The notes beneath the pieces are model-generated. The model did no database searches, had not been told where the DNA came from, and was given only the letters and a program-made list of their open reading frames with translations. The position numbers and the translations under genes are program-made. 64,000 nucleotides of DNA from Octopus vulgaris (taxonomy: Eukaryota), in assembly GCA_951406725.2 (NCBI GenBank), contig OX597825.1, forward strand, positions 50,282,001 to 50,346,000, given 5' to 3'. Shown piece by piece: positions 56,001-64,000 of this stretch (position 1 is the stretch's first letter; each line of letters begins with the position of its first letter).

Positions 56001-56036
56001 TGACTGACTGACTTGTCAAATTTTTCCCTTTAAATA
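56001..56036 (-). promoter_or_regulatory. Candidate Pol II core promoter (TATTTAAA plus TCAGTC initiator)
   Basis: TATTTAAA starts at 56036, 31 nt upstream of the A of TCAGTC at 56005. Surroundings retain CpG. Confidence 0.4.
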
Positions 56037-56189
56037 CCTGCCGCTAGTCTCCAGCAGGCAGCCCCAGCAAGTTGTCACGTAACACTGTCTCACCTTAACT
56101 GACTAGTGAAGGCGCGTAGTTTTAGCCAGCACATTCTCTAAACGACCGTCACCTGTCAGTCAGTGAAGCTGATTCAGTGTCGGCTTGTC

Positions 56190-56771
56190 TCACCTAATGA
56201 TGTTATTTCCCACTGGCATGTTATGACTTTCAAGCCCTTTTCGGTCTTCCCGCTTCAGCCATATATAGAAGCTGGCTTTTTCGACCGCCTCCTGTACTCT
56301 CCTTATTAGTTTTCGCAGCTCGGAGCTAGAAAAAACAAATCTTCTTTTGAAAAGCGTTGACATTTTCCTTTCAATGAAGCCTCTAGCTCCCACTGCCAGG
56401 TGATAATATTCGACATTCCATCCCTGTTCTCTGCATTCTTCGATTAGCTTTTCGTAACTCTTCTCCTTTCGTTCCTCTGCATTGCCGATGTTCTCTTCTC
56501 AAGGTACTGTCAGTTCTAGTAAAATTCCTATTCTCCGGTCTCTGTTCCATAGGACTAAATCTGGTCTTTTTGTTGTTTTTATTAGTGGAAATATTACTTG
56601 TCTTTCCAAGTCTGTGGCCACCTCCCAGTATCCCTTCCATCTTTCATCTATCACGTATACTTTACTTGTAGGCCTGGTTTTATATCCGTTTCTCTCCTTG
56701 TGGAAGTATACTTTCCTGCGCTTTTCTACTTTTGGGTAGAAAACTTTCTTAATGACTTGTAAGGTACACAT
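56190..56771 (-). mobile_element. 3' end of an RLE-type non-LTR retrotransposon (Hero-like)
   Basis: One frame with a single TGA: WEVATDL...RPDLVLWN...LLELTVP*EEN...ERK...GW...VGARGF...AVEKASFYIWLKRED. Confidence 0.85.
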
Positions 56772-56904
56772 TATTTCATTATACTATTACAATATGCTGC
56801 AAAGTATATTAAATGTTTTTAAAAGTCAAACTGTATACTACTGTGCTAGCAATGCACAAAAATCATGAGTTAAGATCATCTCTACAGATTTTCTATAGAA
56901 ATAG

Positions 56905-57554
56905 CCAGCACTGAATTTTTTTACGTTTCATATCTGAGACAGCAGATGTAAACAATGAGATCAAAGATGAACATAATGGGTAATGGGCATATATGCCAGA
57001 TTTCAGGAGTTTTTGCTTCTTTATCAGAGCCCATCCATATCAATAATAATCTACAAATTTATTGCTTATATAGTCACAACACATAGCGGTGTAAGGCTAT
57101 TGGATGTACCAATTTATATATTAAACACATTCCTGTAACAAAATCAGTGCTGCCTATAATTCCTATAGACAATGTGTAGAGCTGACCTTAACACGTGATT
57201 TAAGTGCACTGCTAACACAGCAGCACACAATACTGAATTATAAAAATGTTTAATAAATCTTATAGTATATTACGGTTATATATCAAAATACCAAGTGCCT
57301 ACAAGTCACTAATGTTTACGTACAAGCTTCCATAATGTGTTTGATATGTAAAATTGGTATATCGGAAAATGTTACACCGCTATATTTAGTGGCTATTTAA
57401 GCAATGCATTAATGGGTTGGATGAGTGCTGATGAAAGAGGAAAAACTCCCAAAATATGGTATATATGCCCCCATCACCCATTTTTTTCATCTTTGATCTC
57501 ATTGTTTGTTTACATCTAACATCACAGACTCAAATGTTACAAAACCAGTGCTGG
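56905..57554. mobile_element. Foldback/MITE with ~225-bp inverted arms
   Basis: 56905-57131 is the diverged reverse complement of 57334-57554 (CCAGCACTG/CAGTGCTGG; ACAATGAGATCAAAGATGAA/TTCATCTTTGATCTCATTGT; TAGCGGTGTAA/TTACACCGCTA). Confidence 0.85.
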
Positions 57555-58521
57555 TTATAATAACAAACTTTCTGTTTTAAAGTGACCAATATTAAAACTT
57601 TCCTTAAAATTTCATGTTATTTTATGTTCCAGGCACCAGCTTAATATTCACACAATTATTTTAATAAATTCTTCATTATTTTCAAAATTAACTAAAACAA
57701 AAGCAATATATAGCAGCAGAAATATGGTATTGAAATGGTTAATGGGTCAAGGTAGTGCAAGCTTTGTGAAGCCTGATGAACTCATATTCTTTTTAAATTG
57801 AAGAACTCCACTGACCTATTGAATTCTAGATCCAAAATGTTCAGTAAATGCAAGCTTCTCAATATGTTTCTATCATCTAACTGGAGAACATCACCCTCTC
57901 CACATTTTTTCCCATCGAATTAACCACATCAACCATTTTAAATTCCCATTCTAACATGCCCTTGGCCTAATTTTTTTCTTCAATTTCTATTTTTACTTAT
58001 TTTCTTTTTTTTCTCTCAGAGACCAGCCATGTTCTATTTTGAGCATGAAAGATTGCATGATAGTACATTACAAATTGTACAAGCTTCTCCAACAATGAGA
58101 CTATCAATGCACAAGACTTTATTTAACTCTGGTGTATATTAGATAATACGTATTTCTCAATGGGGGAAGTACTTTTTTTCGCTGAGCTGACTAATAACAG
58201 AACAGTACACTACATATAAGTTTTCAGTGTATATATAGAAAATAATCTGATATTTGAGCATATAAACTCCTGATGGAAAAAAAGTGAGCATTAGTACAAG
58301 TAGGAATCAAACCCACACCTCTTACTTTTGTGATGCATGCTGACCAATTACACCAACATACCCATCTATTTTTTTTTATATTAAATTTAGGAAATATGAG
58401 TTCATAACATAAGTTTGCAAACATGCATATGCTGCATAAGAAATGGTAATGAGTAAAGATCTTGTAAATATATTTATAAGCTTTCACTAGATACTGACAA
58501 TAGAAAATATTGTAATATATA

Positions 58522-58721
58522 CTCTTTCAGTCTTTTACTTATTTCAGTCATTTGACTGTGGCTATGATGGAGCACCACCCTGAAAGGTTTTTAGTTGAAC
58601 AAATTGACCCCAGGACTTATTCTTTGTAAGCCTAGTACTTATTCTGTTGGTCTCTTTTTCGAACTGCTAAATTACAGGGATGTAAACACACCAACATCAG
58701 GACAGGCACAGACACAAAGAT

Positions 58722-58753
<32 letters not shown>

Positions 58754-58913
58754 GATGGGATTCTTTCAGCTTCTGTTTACCAAATCCACTCACAAGGCTT
58801 TGGTTGGCCTGAGGCTATAGCAGAAAACGCCTGTCCAAGGTGCTATGCAGTGGAACTGAACCCAAAATCATGAGGTTGGGAATCAAACTTCTTACCACAT
58901 AGCCATGCCTGCA
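58522..58913 (-). mobile_element. tRNA-derived SINE, family A
   Basis: Antisense copy of the family. Confidence 0.85.
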
Positions 58914-58915
58914 CC

Positions 58916-59010
<95 letters not shown>

Positions 59011-59029
59011 GAATTTGTTTTGGGGTCTG

Positions 59030-60219
59030 AAAATGCACCTGAATCTAAAACCGTGCAGACATTTTAAAATTTTGTAAAAGATTTATTCATATACCAAACT
59101 AGTTTCGACATCTTTTTTTGCTTATCAGTGGTACAAATATATAAATAAAGTGTTTGAGAGTGTTTAAAGTTACAAAGTAAAAATTGGTCAAACAGGTTTT
59201 AATGTTCAGATGTTCACAGAAATTTTAATGACTTTCACAGGGATGGCTGGTAATATAAGTGCAAATTTTCAGTGAAGACCATAACGAATGTCCATTACTG
59301 AAAGTTCAGTCAAATTGAGTTTTTATTAAAAAAAAAAAAGTGGAGAAGAAAGAGAAAAAGGGAGAAAGAAAAAAAGTTCTGTTTACAAATTCTGTTGTGG
59401 CGCATGTAGTTCTTTTTGCAATTTCAGTCTCAGTGAACTGGTCTCTTCACCACTGCTTGTTGGAGTTCAAAGTGCTTTAAGTTCGAATCTTTTAGTATAT
59501 GTATATTTTTGCAGAAAAGGATTAAGATTTTGATTGGTTATAATTTTGATGACATCTTGGTCAAAATATTTTTATTTTGGCAAGATCTAGTGTTTTGGTT
59601 GGTTGGCTTCCTGGTGACATCCATTCCTTGTTCACCTCAGTCAAAGAACAAGTTCCGATTGGTTGCAGGTTTCATGATGTCACTTTATTCTGATCAGTAA
59701 TATTTTTGTTTTAGCAAAGTTCAGTGTTCTGCTTGGTTGACTTCCTGGTAGGTATTCAGTAATTTGTTTTTGCCTGATGGTCATCTAAGTCACTATTTGT
59801 TTTTTTTTCCGAGAGTCCAGTTCTCACCAGTGTAAAATTTCATTGGGGTTTGTCTGAGGTGATGTCAGCAACTGGTGTTTGAGAGGGTGTATGGTATTAT
59901 TGTATAGTGATTTGAAGTTGGGGTTTCAAATATCTGAGGTAGGTTGTTACTTAAACTTTTCAAATTATATCTCTTGACTCTGGTTGTTCTCTGTAGTAAA
60001 ACAGGATTTCCTTTTTCTGGTGTGTTATTATAGGATATTTAGTGGTGGTTTGTATTTTTGAATGAGCATGCATTCCCAATTCAATTGGAATTGGGTTGAA
60101 GTGTTTCAGGTGCATTGATAGTGAGGGAAAAATCTGGTATTTCAGATTTATGTCTGTGGAGTATTGATCTAAGTGTTTGCTTGACAAAATTTTCTTGGTC
60201 ATGGGAATACACTTCTTTC

Positions 60220-60220
<1 letters not shown>
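59030..60220 (-). mobile_element. Old Penelope-like element relic
   Basis: Heavily decayed coding-like sequence with a YTGE-like motif near 59825, plus a minimal hammerhead relic at 59091-59134. Confidence 0.55.
59091..59134 (-). ncRNA. Minimal type I hammerhead ribozyme relic (probably inactive)
   Basis: GTACCA-CTGATAA-stem II-GAAAC-TA-GTT-TGGTAT: stem I intact, palindromic stem III, core G8 changed to A. Confidence 0.6.
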
Positions 60221-60265
<45 letters not shown>

Positions 60266-61846
60266 CAATTTGGTTTACCCCCCACCATCCCTTCTCCATT
60301 AACACTATAACACCCATAGGTACATCCCCATTTTCAACAGGCACAACCTTAGGGTCTTGTTTAACTGTGCCCTAACATTAAGAGTATCTTAGTTAACACT
60401 ACTAAGCAATGGGAAGAGGCAGGTTGCTCATGCAGGATCCACAACAGTTGCCCAGTAGAAACCAAAGGCATCGTCTATCAGACTGAGGTACAGGCAAGCC
60501 TGGCCAATTCCACCAGCAAGAACCATAACAGCCATAGCAGTCACAGACACAAAGGCAGAGCCAACATCACTGCAACCACAGCGAACAGCCTTACTGAAAA
60601 CAGCAACAGCAACACCAACAGTGCTCACCATAAACCTGATGGCACCATCACTAACATCGATCACAGTGACGTCACCTCCAACACCAACCTTACCAATAGC
60701 AGACAGGACAACATGCTCACTGGCAGCTCTCATTCCAGCAGTGACAGACCAAATTATATTGGCTGCAACAACAACAGCAGCAGCAGCACCCTTAATAGAC
60801 GCACTGGCATAGATGTGAATAATGGTAACCCTGTCAACAAGGATGGCATCTCCACCACTGGGGAAGACAGCAATAATAATGATAATATCAAATATTGTGA
60901 CACCTTCAACTACAGCGGTAACATTGACAGTGGCCCCTGCACATCCCGTAATAACACTACCAATGACACCACTACCTCCGCTTCTACCAACACCAATGAT
61001 CCCAGCATCATCAATGTCGAAGAAAACATCAGCAATAACAACACCATCGACTCCAGCAACATCATCATTGCCAGCACTAGCAACAACAACAGCAGCAGCA
61101 ACATCATCCACAGCAGCAACAATAGCAACAACAGCAGCAGCAGTAGCAACAATAGCAGTACTACTAGCATCCACAAGTTTAACAATACCAGCACATGTAC
61201 CACCAGCAACACATGCAGAAGCAGTAACACTATTGACACAACCACCACCAACAGCCCCAGTGTCAGCACTCTCAGAATCAACACCATTGCTGGCAGCAGC
61301 AGCAACAGCAACACTGACACCAGCAACAACATGAACAACTGCAATCACAACAACAGCAACACCAACAGCAGCAGCAACATCAGCAATAGTAGGCATGGCT
61401 CTGACTCCGCACATCCAAGGAAACACATCGGATGCATGGGAACTTCCTTCAAGAAACGTCTCTCCAGCCATAGGCTCTCCTTTAGGGTCCAGGAAAGGAG
61501 ATATCTGGCCACTGAAGGAAGACAGACTTCCATACTTGATAACACAGAAAATCCTGCACAGTCCAGGTCCATACATAAATGAAACGAAAAAGGGTATGCA
61601 TAACCAAACGCATGGGAATCTTGAAAACTCACACATACAAGGGAACATACTAAACTCCAGAACAGAGATTTTGGGGCCATACTTACATTTCAAGAAATTC
61701 TTATTAGCATTTTGGGAACCACATAATAACAATAATAGCAGTATTATTGTGATAATATTCACACTAAAGCTGGAAATTGATTGCTGATTACCCTCACAGC
61801 CGACAGATGGTGTAGCTGAAAGAAGACAACATATCCAGAAGCCAAT

Positions 61847-61901
61847 GACCAGCTGATGACCACCAGAAGAGGGAAATAATCCCCATTGTTTATATCTGGT
61901 T
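61847..61901 (+). ncRNA. Type I hammerhead ribozyme, slightly degenerate
   Basis: GACCAG-CTGATGA-CCAC(cagaa)GAGG-GAAATAA(loop)TTATA^TCTGGTT: intact core, one mismatch in stem II, one-base offset in stem I. Confidence 0.65.
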
Positions 61902-61946
61902 CGTTTCCCCCTCCATACTTTAAAGAGGCCATAAGCCAACAAGTCT

Positions 61947-62006
61947 TAGGGTCTGATGATATGCCATAAAGATACACTTTATGGTGAGAAACCCAGGGTA
62001 ACCCTA
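61947..62006 (+). ncRNA. Type I hammerhead ribozyme, apparently intact
   Basis: Stem I TAGGGT/ACCCTA; core CTGATGA; stem II TGCCATAAAG(ataca)CTTTATGGTG; GAAA; stem III ACC(cag)GGT; cleavage triplet GUA ending at 62000. Confidence 0.85.
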
Positions 62007-62056
62007 TAAACAGGACTTCACTAATAATAAATATGTATACACACACACACACACAC

Positions 62057-62202
62057 AACAGCTTCTTTCACTTTCCAAGTACCAAATGCACTCACAAGTC
62101 TTTGGTTGATTCAGAAATATAAAATTCAGCTTGGGACTTGCCTAAGCTACCATGCAGTGCACTGAACTGGAAAGCATACTTCCTAACCACAACTATGCCT
62201 GC
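62057..62202 (-). mobile_element. SINE family A, 5' fragment
   Basis: Degenerate antisense head. Other partial copies near 1185-1345, 20610-20752, 33130-33290 and 63850-64000. Confidence 0.7.
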
Positions 62203-63109
62203 ATACACATACAGCCATACACAAATCCACGGGTGGTGATTGCTGCATTTACACAGATGATTACAATCTTCATGTGCTTTCTCATTGTCAACAGTGTTTC
62301 TGGTTTTCCATCCATAACTCATCAGATGACAATTCAGTCTCACCGCAGATCTGCATGTCTTGAAGCAGAGGCAACAGACAAAAGTTGAAATTTACTGAGC
62401 ACTTCCAGTTGGTTACATCTGCACACATTGCCAGTCTCCCATTGCCAAAAGGTTTTGAATAACTGACAAAGGAGGTCACCATAAAGAGACACCTGTACAT
62501 CATTAGATTACAGTGATAAATGCTTGCACAACACAAATACCACTTTCTGAACCCTCTGTAATTAGTACTTGGAGACAGGTCAAAATGAGATGACCAGTAA
62601 TCACATGAAACTGAAGGTTTTACATCATAGTAACCTTTTCATGAAGGATGCTGTGAGAACAGCAAGGTGACTCTCACTCCTGATGTTTTTACTGCACACC
62701 CTGATACCAACCAGAGGTATTTCTGCATACCCATGCTCAGATAGATTGTCACAACACATGCTACTTAACCTAAAGCTGGGACCCTGACAGGTGCGACTAA
62801 TCTGGGTCAGAAATGATCTGTAATATTGGCTAAGAGGTGATTCCCACAGCCCTCAAACCCCGAGGCTCATGAACCAGTACCCCATTACTGGATGCAGTTT
62901 AAAATCATACCAAAGACATACATGCATACACTCATACTGACATCTAGTCATATCAATATATTTAGAGTTGTATATGTGTATAATTAAGTGGGAAATCCCA
63001 AACAAGGTATGAACCTTGGTTGACAAAGACTTAAACATACATTTGACCATGGACACACATGCATACTCTCATATATAATACATATAGACAGACATACAGA
63101 TAGACAGGC

Positions 63110-63149
<40 letters not shown>

Positions 63150-64000
63150 CCAAACATAGACAAACAGCAGAAAGCAGGACTATGCTGTATGGAAGAAGAC
63201 ATATTTCCTTACAACAGACACGATATGATGGTAACAATATATGTGTGTGTGTGTGTGTGTGTAAGTATGTATGTGTATATTATCTGTTGGCTGAGTAGAA
63301 TAAAGCAACCACATGTAATACAGGAAAGAACGTGATAATATATATACACAGATACATCTCTGGTAATTGTATTGAATAAAGTGAGAACTGACAGTGACAT
63401 AGAATTTACGCATTCCATTTATAATGTCAACAATAACCTTAACCTACACCGCCACCAAACCCTCACTAAAACCTGTATCCACATCACCAACAGCAGCACT
63501 ACTGCTGCCACAGAGAATATAATTAGCACAGTTAATTAAGACTTACTCAAGTGTTACAAATGATTCATCATCATCATCATCGCAAACACCTTTTAAGATC
63601 TATTTCTTCCAACTTAATACTTACAAAGTATTTCAACTCTCTGACTAACAGCCAACAACAATTATAACAATTACAACAGGAACAACAATAACAGTTACAT
63701 GAATCACTATTCAAATAGTAACAACAACAATAACATACTCTCCACAACACACACACAACAGGTAGTCTCTGTGTTGTTGCTTGACCTGCTAGAAAGAGCA
63801 GCTAAAGCACACTTAAGTTACAATATACTTTTGTCAATGTTTTTTTTTATCTTTCTTTTTTCATTTCAGTCATTAGACTGAGGCCATGCTGGGGCACCAC
63901 CTTGAAGAATTTTAGTCAAATTAATCAACTTCAATACTTACCATTTTATTTTTATTTTTTAAGTCTGGTACTTATTCTATTATTTTGCTGAACTGCTAAA

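Larger units (their letters stand above)
60266..62025 (+). mobile_element. Penelope-like element 3' part: linker, split GIY-YIG endonuclease and pseudo-LTR
   Basis: IWFTP..PFSINT..PIG, IFNRHNLRV, CSCRIHNSCPV..GIVYQTEV, RKHIGCMGTSFKKRLSSHRLSF, IWPLKE...ITQKIL, LNSRTEILGPYLHFKKFLL; hammerheads downstream. Confidence 0.88.

Noticed and set aside
56499-56501. In-frame TGA in ELTVP*EEN as programmed recoding
   Set aside because: It falls at a conserved Trp (TGG to TGA) in a truncated copy, so a nonsense mutation is the simpler explanation.
58285-58365. tRNA-like sequence on the minus strand
   Set aside because: A/B-box-like motifs only, no complete cloverleaf; probably a decayed SINE head.
60822-61334. 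Mucin-like T/A/P-rich ORF
   Set aside because: Alternative frame of the same low-complexity insert, which is bounded by PLE motifs in another frame.
60428-61942. 504-aa minus-strand V/A/G-rich ORF, the longest in the window
   Set aside because: Antisense shadow of the plus-strand PLE frame and its CAG/CAA-rich insert; no recognisable domain.

Overview
Eukaryotic, AT-rich, microsatellite-dense DNA with no prokaryotic features. The (TA)n/(CA)n load, tRNA-derived SINEs, RTE LINEs with (GAT)n tails, Penelope-like elements (PLEs) and mariner relics suggest a cephalopod, probably Octopus (inference). One host gene can be assembled on the minus strand from six phase-compatible GT-AG exons (51502 to 12045, at least 539 codons, 3' end not found). 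It encodes a Rab11-FIP-like C2 domain, a Sec5/EXOC2-like IPT/TIG domain and the start of a coiled coil. Its first coding exon carries an overlapping 53-aa uORF with C-x2-C-x17-C-x2-C spacing. About 4.3 kb upstream, the 3' flank of an RLE-type retroelement offers a TATA box, Inr and splice donor pointing at the gene. At the right end, a PLE has its GIY and YIG motifs separated by about 315 in-frame low-complexity codons and ends in two tandem hammerhead ribozymes, one apparently intact. The rest is nested TE debris, hairpins and minisatellites. All family calls come from motif recognition by eye, and TE boundaries are approximate.
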